From Candidatus Aenigmatarchaeota archaeon (GTDB lineage: Archaea; Aenigmatarchaeota; Aenigmatarchaeia; GW2011-AR5), in assembly GCA_016187335.1 (NCBI GenBank), contig JACPJW010000001.1:352001-416000 (forward strand): a stretch of 64,000 nt of DNA, given 5' to 3'. A program made the position numbers and the translations under genes. Positions within the stretch are counted from its first letter, which is position 1; the number at the start of each line of letters is the position of its first letter. The notes below the pieces were generated by a model. That model searched no databases, was not told where the DNA came from, and saw only the letters and a program-made list of their open reading frames with translations. Positions 29,184 through 38,497 of this stretch are shown here, in pieces.

Positions 29184-29252
29184 ATGAAATTATTGGGAAG
29201 GCATTCTTTAATTGCTGCGACGGTTGGTGACGATAACTTTAAATATTTAATG

Positions 29253-29269
29253 TTACCATAAAGTAGTAA
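29253..29269 (+). promoter_or_regulatory. Palindromic operator downstream of a TATA box
   Basis: TTACCATAAAGTAGTAA within ATGTTAC..GTAACAT, 14 nt after the start of TTAAATA (29239). Confidence 0.65.
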
Positions 29270-29285
29270 CATAAGGTGATTAATA

Positions 29286-29834
29286 ATGAGTTATTTGGGT
29301 ATATTGGCAAGAAAGGTTTTTACACCTAGAGCTTACGGAAGGTTAATTGATCAAAGCCGAAGGGAAATAACCGGGCTTAGAACTCCGCAGCAATTTAATG
29401 ACTACAGAGGAACTCTTCTTCAAGAATTTGGCGGATGGATGAGTGAATTTAACAGATTTGATTTAGGAGAGAATGTCCCGCCTAAAGTGAGATCTCAATA
29501 TTTCTATAGTTTAGCTCAAACTTTCAGCCTTGAGGCTTTTCATGGCGGGCATCCCGAAAACCTTGCGAAAGCTGCAAAAGCTTACCAGATGGCTGGCAGA
29601 CATCACAGAGAAGATGCAAGACAAAAATGGAAAGAATTTTTTGATAAAGCAGTTCGCGGTGAAGGTCTTTTCAGCCTTGGTTTTTCGGAATATGATGTTA
29701 GAAAATATCTGGAGGGATGCAACCTCCCTAGACGCGATAAAGAAAGATATAAGGCAGAATTTGAAGGATTTTTGAAAGAACGCGAAGAAAAAAACAAAGA
29801 AAGGGAGCGACGTTTAAAATCTCGTCGCAATTAG
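29286..29834 (+). CDS. Orphan hypothetical protein
   Basis: 182 aa, AGGTGAT RBS, AT-richer. Confidence 0.7.
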   Translation: MSYLGILARKVFTPRAYGRLIDQSRREITGLRTPQQFNDYRGTLLQEFGGWMSEFNRFDLGENVPPKVRSQYFYSLAQTFSLEAFHGGHPENLAKAAKAYQMAGRHHREDARQKWKEFFDKAVRGEGLFSLGFSEYDVRKYLEGCNLPRRDKERYKAEFEGFLKEREEKNKERERRLKSRRN

Positions 29835-30158
29835 ATGCTAAAGATACGGTTTTTAAAGGAACTATAGAGGTCCTATTGTATAATTCGGTAATTTTTCCTT
29901 CTTTAACGCATTACAAAGCCATCACAGAAAATGTGAGGCTTCATGTAATTGCTGTAAAGAATATGCCAGCAGAAATTTATTGAAAAATATAAGCTGGAAA
30001 TTATATTTTTCAGCAAAATAATAATGTACGAAATATAGGTTTTTAATTAATTGTCAAGAAGAATTAATTAAAAACTATTCTTTCTATCATATATTTATGA
30101 AAGTATCTCTCACGTAAAAATTATTTATATGGGATAAAACAATAACTAAGCAGATAAA

Positions 30159-30464
30159 ATGACGATGAAAACGGATATGGAGGACTTGTTTTTAAGAAAA
30201 AAGCCCGTGCGGCTGCTGCTGAGCATAAAGGTTTCTTCCACGCCAAAATACGTTTCCATCCTTGCCAAGGAAACCGACTGCACTTACTCGCATACGGTGA
30301 AGCTGCTGGAAATGTTCAAGAACCTGGGCATCGTTGACTTTGAAAAGACGGGCCGCATAAAGTATGTCAGGCTCACGCAGGACGGCACTGAGATTGCCAC
30401 GGATTTTGAAAGCGTCCTGCGGAAGTTCACGAAATTGAAGCCGAAGAAGGCTGCGGCGAAGTAA
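30159..30464 (+). CDS. Winged-helix transcription regulator (MarR-like)
   Basis: YVSILAKETDCTYSHTVKLL..GRIKYVRLTQDG. Confidence 0.85.
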   Translation: MTMKTDMEDLFLRKKPVRLLLSIKVSSTPKYVSILAKETDCTYSHTVKLLEMFKNLGIVDFEKTGRIKYVRLTQDGTEIATDFESVLRKFTKLKPKKAAAK

Positions 30465-30495
30465 GCTTAAAAACTTTTATAACTTGTAAAATTTA

Positions 30496-30836
30496 ATGTC
30501 ATTGCTACGTTTCGTCGGTTCCACCGAAACAGAAATAGGCGAGGCCCGTCTTTTTAATTTGAGCTTTGCTGATCCTGATGGCAGGTCCGTTTACATTCCT
30601 TCTTTGCCGTACGGTTTTTTAAAAGATTGCCTGACTCACGAGAATGGGTTTATGTAAGAAGCAGAGAAGGTATGGTAACTGAAATAGCAACTCCGAAAGG
30701 AGAGGTGCTTTATCACCGAGCGAGGGAACTCACATCAGTTTAAGAATTACGACATTCTTGCTTAATTCTGAAAGATTTTGTGCCTTCTCTCACATCAGAA
30801 ATGGCAGAACGGCTTTACTACGCCCTGCTACCGTAA
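30496..30836 (+). pseudogene. Possible decayed orphan gene
   Basis: 53-codon ORF continues in another frame near 30648, with one internal TAA (30741) and a stop at 30836. Confidence 0.3.
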
Positions 30837-31085
30837 TAGCGGCTGCGATACAGAAAATCATAAATATTCCTGCACAGAAGTAGTTAGCACATGACCAAGG
30901 TTGCCTGCCATAAACTAGTAATACAGGGTACTTCACTAAGCCACTCCAGGTAAAATCTGAAGAGTTTTATGTGAGTGTCAGCATAAGAAGAAACAGCAAA
31001 TCAAGGCAAAATAGCAAAATTGTAGTTTAACGTCATGCCTTGACAGCCCTGAAAAGTGCCCCTCGGATACCATTTTTGATGGCAA

Positions 31086-31685
31086 ATGGCTTACCAAAAT
31101 GCGATGAAAAAGGTGCTTGCAATGCCTAAAAAACGGCTTTCAGATATAGTCTTCCAGCGCGTGTCGCCGCCGGACCACAAGCTTGATTTGTCGCCGGAAG
31201 ATTTGTCGTCTGTGCTTGTCCGCAGGCTGGGCCTGAAAAGAAAGGAAAGCCGTGCAAACCACGCTAAGCTGCTCCTGGAACTGCTCAAGTACAAAAAGGA
31301 AAACATTCCGCTCAGCATAGAAGAGATATCCACGATACTCAGTGTTTCGCAATCGCAGACATATGAGGAATTGCGAAAATGGCGCACTTTAGGAATTGTA
31401 GAATTCGTTAAGATACCTTCACAGACAGGATTTATCAAGGGCTATATGCTGACGTCGAACACCGTAAACAAGCTGCTGGATCGCGTGGAATCGTCAGCAA
31501 AGTCTTTCTTCCGCAAGACGCGCCGCATAGCCAAGGATTTCGACGACCTTCTTATGTTAGAGATGGCACGCAGGCAGAAAGAAACCAATGGAGATGCTGC
31601 AAAGGAAGGAATGAAGGAACAGGAAACAGAAAGTGAAGAAAGCGAAGAACCCGGCAATGATGACGAAGCGCCGGAAGAAAACTGA
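31086..31685 (+). CDS. Winged-helix protein with acidic C-terminal tail
   Basis: LSIEEISTILSVSQSQTYEELRKWRTLGIV..GYMLT; E/D-rich tail. Confidence 0.8.
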   Translation: MAYQNAMKKVLAMPKKRLSDIVFQRVSPPDHKLDLSPEDLSSVLVRRLGLKRKESRANHAKLLLELLKYKKENIPLSIEEISTILSVSQSQTYEELRKWRTLGIVEFVKIPSQTGFIKGYMLTSNTVNKLLDRVESSAKSFFRKTRRIAKDFDDLLMLEMARRQKETNGDAAKEGMKEQETESEESEEPGNDDEAPEEN

Positions 31686-31690
31686 CTCTG

Positions 31691-31718
31691 TTTTGATTAA
31701 ACTTTTTTGAAAAGTTTA
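31691..31718 (+). repeat. REP-like palindrome, copy 3 (TA variant)
   Basis: TTTTGATTAAACTTTTTTGAAAAGTTTA. Confidence 0.8.
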
Positions 31719-32014
31719 TGTGAGAGTTGGGGCGTCAGAATTTTACAATAACTGAAAAATATACTTTCTAATCTACTTTTTTAATTAAATTTTTCATAAA
31801 ATATATTATTTACAATAACTTTCTTTTGTGAGTGATGAGGCAATTATATAAAGTATAAGATATGTTTTATCATAAATAGTGTAGAATATATATTATTTTA
31901 ATTATATTTTATAGAATAGATTTAAAACCACCCGTCATTTGTGAGGGTTTAAGTAATGTACTATATTATAAAGGAGATAAGTTGAAAAATTAAATCAAAA
32001 GAAAAAACAAAGAA

Positions 32015-32281
32015 TTATCTCCTTCTTCTGCCTTTTGTCTTTGGTTTTGCGGCTTCTTCATGCATCTGCTTCGCGTGCATCCATGTCATCTTCGCCAGTC
32101 CCATCAGCCAGAACGCAACAATGTATTTCAGGAAAATTTTCAGTGTTGTGTTCCAGTCCGTGGCAAGATGCGCAGCACTTTGCTGGGACCAGAAAGCGGA
32201 AAAAAAGAGCAAAGCGGACAGTCCTGCAAAGACAGAAGCGTAAGCGCCTTTGCCAAAGCATTCTTTGCACATGCTTATCAT
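32015..32281 (-). CDS. Small two-TM membrane protein
   Basis: Two hydrophobic segments and a basic C-terminus; host-like codons. Confidence 0.65.
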   Translation of the reverse strand: MISMCKECFGKGAYASVFAGLSALLFFSAFWSQQSAAHLATDWNTTLKIFLKYIVAFWLMGLAKMTWMHAKQMHEEAAKPKTKGRRRR

Positions 32282-32309
32282 TTGCGAAAGGCAGAATTAA
32301 TACTTTTCT

Positions 32310-33293
32310 TTAAAGATGCACATAGCCGTGCGGCGGTCTCCAGTCCCTTTCAGCAAGTCGGCCTGTTAATCTTCCTTGGCGTAGTGCTTCTGTTTCGTCA
32401 AGTCTTCTTTTAACATAGTCCGTTTCTTCAAAACCACAAGCATTGTAAGCCTTCTGTGTAACTTCTAAGAATGCTCCAAGCCTGTTTTCATCAGGTCTCT
32501 TTGAAACAGTTTCGCGACCTGCCAGTTTCAGTGCAGCATCACCGGTTCCGACCAGGCTGAATCCTACGGAAGGACCGACGTAGAAAAAAGGACCAGCAAT
32601 TATCCTGTCGCGTTGTCTTTGTACTATTCCACGCACGCTGTCTTTGACGCAAGACTCATAAATCATCAATGCGCTTGCGCCATCTGGAACTCTAATTGGT
32701 CCCTGATTCACTATCCATAGTCTTCCGTCAGGTGCGATAACTTTTTCCCAATATTGATGAACATTTCCTTCACCCATAGGGTTAAGGGACATTCTCCAAG
32801 CATTAACGTAGCCGGAAGCATAAGGCATTTCATACGCATTTTCACATTTTCTCGTAGTTTCTGCAAGGTCAGTAAGCGTGGGTTTTCCGGCAAATCCCCA
32901 TTTCGGCCATACGTTATTAACGGAATAAGCAAGATTCGTCGATGGCGGGCGTAGTGGCTTTGAGCTTAAAATTTGGTAAGCCTCTTCATCTCCAGGAGGC
33001 AGGCTCATTACCATTCTGATTTCTTCAGGTTTCAGTGCGAACGCCCTTGCCACTTCTTCAGGCGCCATTCTTAATGCTCGGTCAATTACATACAAACTTG
33101 TTTCGTAAAGTCTGAAGTCACGTTTTCTCTCTTGCTCAAGCATCCTTTGGATTTTTTCTTCGGTGAGAAAACGATAGTCAGGACGTTCCTCAATTTCCGA
33201 AAGGCTTCTTCGTTCGTATTGAACCAAGGGCCTTAGATCCTGTAGAGGGGTTCTGAGCAATTCAGATAGTTTAGGATGAGTACCAACAGACAT
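32310..33293 (-). CDS. Orphan hypothetical protein (327 aa)
   Basis: Long uninterrupted ORF, AT-richer, apparently leaderless (TATA about 25-30 nt upstream of ATG). Confidence 0.75.
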   Translation of the reverse strand: MSVGTHPKLSELLRTPLQDLRPLVQYERRSLSEIEERPDYRFLTEEKIQRMLEQERKRDFRLYETSLYVIDRALRMAPEEVARAFALKPEEIRMVMSLPPGDEEAYQILSSKPLRPPSTNLAYSVNNVWPKWGFAGKPTLTDLAETTRKCENAYEMPYASGYVNAWRMSLNPMGEGNVHQYWEKVIAPDGRLWIVNQGPIRVPDGASALMIYESCVKDSVRGIVQRQRDRIIAGPFFYVGPSVGFSLVGTGDAALKLAGRETVSKRPDENRLGAFLEVTQKAYNACGFEETDYVKRRLDETEALRQGRLTGRLAERDWRPPHGYVHL

Positions 33294-33310
33294 ATACTAC
33301 TTTATAGTAA
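33294..33310 (-). promoter_or_regulatory. Palindromic operator downstream of a TATA box
   Basis: Minus strand TTACTATAAAGTAGTAT, 13 nt after the start of TTAAATA (33323), abutting the ATG. Confidence 0.65.
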
Positions 33311-33353
33311 CACTAATATTTAAAGATAACACCTTTAAAAACAAGAAACACAT

Positions 33354-33785
33354 TTACCCGACGTATTCCTGGCCTTCTTCCTTTGTCTTGACCATGGGAA
33401 ACGAAATAGGCGGCGGAAGCCTCAGCTCCATGGCGATATCAATGCCCTTTGACAGGCATTTGCGGAAAACAGCGTTAAGAACTTCCACGGCGAGATCGTC
33501 GTTTATTTTCTTTTCCTTTTTCCATTTGTTCAGGATGTTTTTCGCGTCTATGCTCTGGTACAGAACCTCGCCGGTGAATTCTATCTTTCCGATATCGGGC
33601 TCGTATTTTGTTTCAAAGGAAAACGCGAATGAGATGACATCGTCCATCCCTATCATGTTCACGTCTTTCTTTTCAATACCGGCTATTTTCGGGGTTGAAT
33701 TTATGTTTATATTGACGTTCCCCCTGGGCATTTTATCGCTTATTTCAGCGTTAACTGAATTTATGTTAAGTCCTATGATAGGCAC
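33354..33785 (-). CDS. Conserved archaeal hypothetical protein (possibly SecB-like fold)
   Basis: MPIIG..NINSTPKI..F.F.TKYEP..GKIEFTGEVLY..LPPPI pattern recalled from archaeal hypotheticals. Confidence 0.7.
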   Translation of the reverse strand: MPIIGLNINSVNAEISDKMPRGNVNININSTPKIAGIEKKDVNMIGMDDVISFAFSFETKYEPDIGKIEFTGEVLYQSIDAKNILNKWKKEKKINDDLAVEVLNAVFRKCLSKGIDIAMELRLPPPISFPMVKTKEEGQEYVG

Positions 33786-33855
33786 GAAATCACCAACAAC
33801 AAAACAATCCGCGCAAACATTTAAATACGAAATCCGTTATTACTAACGTGGTTGT

Positions 33856-34386
33856 ATGAAAGTCCTTTTACTGCTTGCTGAAGGATTCTCCGAAATTGAC
33901 GCTTTCACGGTCGTTGACGTCTTAAGGAGGTCCGGAGTTGATGTTGAGACCTGCGGCCTTGCTTCTTCATCAGTCACAGGAGCCAGAAAAACCAAAATTC
34001 TTGCCGACAAAAAACTGGAGGCCGTCAATCACGACGATTACGATATCCTTGTTATTCCGGGAGGCCCTGGGTATAAAAACCTTATTAACAGCTCAGCTGT
34101 GATAAAAATAATAAAAGCGTTTGACACCCAAAAGAAATACATCGCGGCGATGTGCGAATCGCCGGTGGTTCTTGCGAAAGCAGGAATAATAAGCGACAAG
34201 ATAGTCACGGTTTATTCAGGCCTTGAGCAGCAGGTCCCAAGGCCCAGGAACGCAAGGGTCATAGTCGCAGGAAACGTAATAACTTGCCGTTCGCCTTCGG
34301 CGGCCGCGGATTTCGCGTTAAAACTGGTTGAGATAGCTGTAGGAAAGAAAGCAGCGCTGAAAACAAAGCAGGAGTTGTTTGCATGA
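33856..34386 (+). CDS. DJ-1/PfpI family protein
   Basis: AEGFSEID, IPGGPG, AAMCESP nucleophile elbow. Confidence 0.92.
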   Translation: MKVLLLLAEGFSEIDAFTVVDVLRRSGVDVETCGLASSSVTGARKTKILADKKLEAVNHDDYDILVIPGGPGYKNLINSSAVIKIIKAFDTQKKYIAAMCESPVVLAKAGIISDKIVTVYSGLEQQVPRPRNARVIVAGNVITCRSPSAAADFALKLVEIAVGKKAALKTKQELFA

Positions 34387-34610
34387 ATCTGAGCCCGCTA
34401 GAAAGGAAATTCCTGGAAATGGTTGCAAAAAACCAGTTGATTACGAAAAACGAGCTGAAAACAAAGCTGAATATAGACGGCTCGGCGCTGGACACGGCCG
34501 CATCCGGGCTTGTCAGCAAAAGGCTTGTGGCAACCGTCAGCCCCGTGGGCTCCACTTGTTATGCGATAACGCAGCACGGGACGCGTTTGCTTGAACAACT
34601 AAACGAATAA
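34383..34610 (+). CDS. Small winged-helix protein
   Basis: LSPLERKFL..LVSKRLV..YAITQHG; ATGA overlap. Confidence 0.7.
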   Translation: MNLSPLERKFLEMVAKNQLITKNELKTKLNIDGSALDTAASGLVSKRLVATVSPVGSTCYAITQHGTRLLEQLNE

Positions 34611-34664
34611 TTCCGTTCTTTGGCAATACTTCTTTAATAGTTTTTCCCAATTAACGTAACTGAC

Positions 34665-34752
34665 AGCCCCATGGTGTAGAGATAAACCGCATTATGGTCA
34701 AGCATGATTGCCTCTGGAGCAATAGACCCAGGTTCGAATCCTGGTGGGGCTA
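34665..34752 (+). tRNA. tRNA-Gln(CUG) with a 15-nt D-loop intron at 15/16 (34680-34694)
   Basis: Acceptor AGCCCCA/TGGGGCT (A1-U72, typical of archaeal Gln), anticodon loop CT-CTG-GA, TTCGAAT T-loop; relaxed BHB with GUGU/GCAU helix. Confidence 0.9.
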
Positions 34753-34754
34753 TT

Positions 34755-35256
34755 ATGAAACTGCTGATGAAATTGCGGGATGAGGATATAGAGCTCGGTT
34801 CCAAAAAACAAAAGAAGCCGAAGCAACGCTTTGCTGCACGGGCTGTTTTGTTTAATGGAGATAAAATTGCCCTGCTTCATGTAACGAAACAGAAATATCA
34901 TAAGCTTCCCAGAGGCGGCATGAAAGGAAAAGAAAAAAATAAAAGGCGCGCTTTTCAGGGAAATCATGGAAGAAACCGGATGCAAAATAAAAGTGATTTC
35001 AGAAGTAGGGAAAATCATTGAGCACAGAACGCATATGAATTTACTCCAGACATCCTACTGCTATATTGCAAAAGTAACAGAAAAGAGGCAGGAAAAATTT
35101 GACAAAGGAGAAGTAAAGCACGGATTCAAGCTTGGATGGGTTGAAATAGATTTTGCAGCAAAAATACTCAAAAAGGAAAAGCCGCAGGATTACGAGGGCA
35201 GATTTATTGTTCTCAGGGACCTGAAATTCATTGAAACTGCCGAAGGAATGATGTGA
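34755..35256 (+). pseudogene. NUDIX hydrolase split by a 1-nt frameshift in an A7 run
   Basis: Removing one A from 34933-34939 gives GGMKGKE-KIKGALF-REIMEETG, a complete Nudix box. Could also be a sequencing error or slippage. Confidence 0.75.
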
Positions 35257-35708
35257 TTGCAATGAACATTGAAAAGAAGCGCCTGTTCGCGCTGTTTATC
35301 ATAGGGACATTCATTTTGTCTACGATAGCCTTTGTGTTTGTAGGCCTTGCAGGAAGGGCACCTGAGCAGGAACGGCAGAAAGCAAAGACACTCACGTCTT
35401 ATGTTATTGCTGAGGATGTAGACAGCGCTACAGAAGCAGAATACGTGAGCAGGGGATACACTTTCCTGAAGTTTTATTATAATGAAACGGCGCCTTTATT
35501 TCTGGACGGTCTTCCCTCAGCAATGATGGCCGGCAATGATATGCAGCTTTTTGTTTTGAAGATTCGCGACACGCAGAATTATGCCAGAATTGTGAACGTC
35601 CAGAATGATGTTGAGCTGAAGAATCTAACGGAAGAAAACATAACCAACGAGCTTTGCATCAGGCTTATCGTCACGCCATTGGAATGCAGCCTCAGGAATG
35701 TCTCTTAA
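35253..35708 (+). CDS. Hypothetical membrane-anchored protein
   Basis: N-terminal TM helix, host-like codons. Confidence 0.7.
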   Translation: MIAMNIEKKRLFALFIIGTFILSTIAFVFVGLAGRAPEQERQKAKTLTSYVIAEDVDSATEAEYVSRGYTFLKFYYNETAPLFLDGLPSAMMAGNDMQLFVLKIRDTQNYARIVNVQNDVELKNLTEENITNELCIRLIVTPLECSLRNVS

Positions 35709-35794
35709 TGTCATCTTTGAACCTTTTCAGTGTTTTCGGGATATCATTTTCATTCACCTTCAGCAGCCTGCTCAGCTCTTTCAGTATTCTTCTC

Positions 35795-38497
35795 TCATCC
35801 ATGCAGATCCCTCTTTAGTTTTTCAATGGCATCGTCCAGAATTTCTTTTTTTGCCCCGAAGCCCTGCGCAAGATAAGGCGACCCGCCGCCTTTGCCGCCG
35901 AGATTTTTGCACAATTCTGAAACAAGCTTACCTGCATTTATTTCCGTGTTTTTCCCGGCGGATGCAAAGACATCTATCCTTTCATTTACGCCGAATAAAA
36001 TTAGAACTCGGTTGTCATTTGAAAGCTTCTTTGATATGGCATGAAGATTTTTTGCATCGCCAGGAATTTTCTCTATTAACATACCTTTCACGAACTTATT
36101 TTCCAACTCCTTTATCAGCAATTCAGCGCTTTTTTCTGATGATTTGATTTCTTCCTTTCTCAGGTTCTTCCATTTTTCAAAAAGTTCTTTGGCAGATTCT
36201 ATTACTTCTGGACCCTTTACACCAAGTATATTTTCCACTTCGCTGAGCAGCCTTCTCTTTTCTTCAATATATTGCTCGGCGCGCCTTCCTGCAACAATGG
36301 TTATCCTTACAACGCCGTCCTGTATGCGCTCTGTCGACGTTACCAGTATCCTGCCCACTTCTTCAGTGCTGGAACAGTGAGTGCCGCCGCACGCCTCAGC
36401 ATCAATAGTGGTTTTTCCATCGGTAATTTCTATTATCCGCAGATATTTTTCAGGAACAACGCCGCCTTGGTAAATGCGCATCCCGTAAATTCTTTCGGCC
36501 TCGGTGCGAGGCAAGACTTTCTTGTTTACTTTCATCTTCTTCGCGGCAATTTCATTGGCAATCTTCTCTATTTTTTCAACCTGTTCATCTGTAAGGGCTT
36601 CGTAATGCGTTACGTCAAGGTGGGCTTTTTCCCTGGTTTTTGCAGAGCCTGACTGCCACACATGGCTGCCTAGAACGCTTCTTGCGGCTGCATTTATCAG
36701 ATGGATTGAAGTGTGGTGCTTCATATGCTGCTCGCGGACAGCCCAGTCGATTTCTCCTGAAACGGTGTCACCTGCCTTGAAATTTACCTTATCTAATTTG
36801 TGGACAACAACGCCGCCGATTTTCTGGACATCGTAGACTTCACAGCCGTTTATTTTACCCGTGTCTGCGGCCTGACCGCCGCCTTCAGGATAGAAAAGGG
36901 TCTTGTCAAGGATTACGTTGTTATCAATTATTTTCAGAACATTCCCGGAAAATTTAGTTTCCCTGGGATTATCATAGAAAAGCAGCTTTGTTGGTTCAAT
37001 TCCTTCGACATTTAGTCCTTCTTTTAATTCTTCTTTTGCTTCTGCTTTTTCTGTCATATGTTTCTCGGATATTTCTGAATAAAAATCAGGAGGAACAGAA
37101 ATGGCGATGCCATTTTCTTTTGCTGCTTCCTCGACCAGTTCAGGGGTCACGCCATGCGATTCATAGAGCATGATAAGGTTTTTTGTGTCCAGTTTACCTT
37201 TGGCAATATGGGTTTCTACCAGTTTTCTGCTTTTCTTCTTCGTTTCACGGAATCTTCTATTTTCTACGTCCAGTATTTTTTCCAGCTCCGGCAGAGATCC
37301 CGAGAGGCGGGGATTAAAGTCCTTCAGTTCCTTGGCATGCATTCTGCATACATCAAACAGATCTATGTCAAAAGAGAATTCGTCAATAAAGCCCAGAGAC
37401 CTGCGCAACACGACCCTGAGATTGTATCCACCGCCTACGTTGCTCGGCAGGGCGCCGTCGGTGACTGCGTACAAAAGCGTTTTGCTGTGGTCGGCTATTG
37501 CGTATACAGCTTCCACAGGCCTTGTTATGCGAAGCAGTTCTTCCACGCTCATATCAAGATGGTCTGCTATTTTTTCCTTGGCTTTCTTGATGTCTGTTAC
37601 CTCATCAAGATTTAGGCCGGCAGATATTTTTGCGTAGTCCATAAAGAACTTCTTGTCGTAATCAACCAGTTTCTTTAATTTTTTCATAACAGCGCCAAAG
37701 ACAGCGTCATAGTATGTAGGTGTTCCCTGAGAGAACCACGCAAATCTTTCAAGCCCCGCACCCATGTCTATGACTTTTTCTTTCATATGGTTATAATTTT
37801 CCGGAGTCCCCACAAATTCAGTGAAAACTGCGTTGCCCAGCTCAAGCCCGCGAACGTAGTATTCCAAAGAGTAGCCGAAGGCATTAGGGCCCAGCCAGAC
37901 GTCCTCAACGAAATTTATTTCCTCTTCCGCAATTTTGAAAACTTTTGTGAGCAGCTCGAAATCAAGTTCAATGCACCTGTCTTTCCAGTAGCCGTTCTTA
38001 CCATCGTATATGGAGTGCTGCCCTATCATGACGAAATTGGTGCCATGACGCCCGGTAACGCCGGTATTGGGAATGTCGTTGAAACGCAGGCATTGCTGCG
38101 GTATTATCAGCGGGTTCGCGGGCATCTCAAAAACAGTTCTGCCGCCTACGCTGCGCTGGAACGCGATGATGCTTGCTATAGTGAAATACAAACCCGGGAA
38201 CCAGCGGCACACAACAGGATAGGAAGGTACAGACGCATGCCCGTTCTTCACGAAGAATTTCTCGATGTCGCGCCATGTCTGGATGTACGAGCGCTTCTTC
38301 GTAAGGTTTTTTCCTATAAATCCGTAGATTTCACACGGCGGGTTTGGGCATACTTCCCTGTCCTGCAGTGTCCAGAAATTGTTGCCGCAGTTTTTGCACT
38401 GTTTTCTGACAAAGCCGCGCTCTTTGAACGTTTCAACTAAATAGTATTTCTCGTATTCCTCGGAGAATTTTTTCTTCAGTTTTTCTTTTGGCGTCAT
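35795..38497 (-). CDS. alaS: Alanyl-tRNA synthetase
   Basis: QQCLRFNDI, GLELGNAVF, DMGAGLER, editing HHTSIH and CGGTHC, GGKGGG. Confidence 0.98.
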   Translation of the reverse strand: MTPKEKLKKKFSEEYEKYYLVETFKERGFVRKQCKNCGNNFWTLQDREVCPNPPCEIYGFIGKNLTKKRSYIQTWRDIEKFFVKNGHASVPSYPVVCRWFPGLYFTIASIIAFQRSVGGRTVFEMPANPLIIPQQCLRFNDIPNTGVTGRHGTNFVMIGQHSIYDGKNGYWKDRCIELDFELLTKVFKIAEEEINFVEDVWLGPNAFGYSLEYYVRGLELGNAVFTEFVGTPENYNHMKEKVIDMGAGLERFAWFSQGTPTYYDAVFGAVMKKLKKLVDYDKKFFMDYAKISAGLNLDEVTDIKKAKEKIADHLDMSVEELLRITRPVEAVYAIADHSKTLLYAVTDGALPSNVGGGYNLRVVLRRSLGFIDEFSFDIDLFDVCRMHAKELKDFNPRLSGSLPELEKILDVENRRFRETKKKSRKLVETHIAKGKLDTKNLIMLYESHGVTPELVEEAAKENGIAISVPPDFYSEISEKHMTEKAEAKEELKEGLNVEGIEPTKLLFYDNPRETKFSGNVLKIIDNNVILDKTLFYPEGGGQAADTGKINGCEVYDVQKIGGVVVHKLDKVNFKAGDTVSGEIDWAVREQHMKHHTSIHLINAAARSVLGSHVWQSGSAKTREKAHLDVTHYEALTDEQVEKIEKIANEIAAKKMKVNKKVLPRTEAERIYGMRIYQGGVVPEKYLRIIEITDGKTTIDAEACGGTHCSSTEEVGRILVTSTERIQDGVVRITIVAGRRAEQYIEEKRRLLSEVENILGVKGPEVIESAKELFEKWKNLRKEEIKSSEKSAELLIKELENKFVKGMLIEKIPGDAKNLHAISKKLSNDNRVLILFGVNERIDVFASAGKNTEINAGKLVSELCKNLGGKGGGSPYLAQGFGAKKEILDDAIEKLKRDLHG

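Noticed and set aside
30741-30743. Stop-codon recoding in the 30.5-kb region
   Set aside because: The codon is TAA, core genes use standard stops, and no SECIS or Pyl context is seen.
34704-34754. Track start at 34704
   Set aside because: It lies inside tRNA-Gln; the start was moved to 34755.
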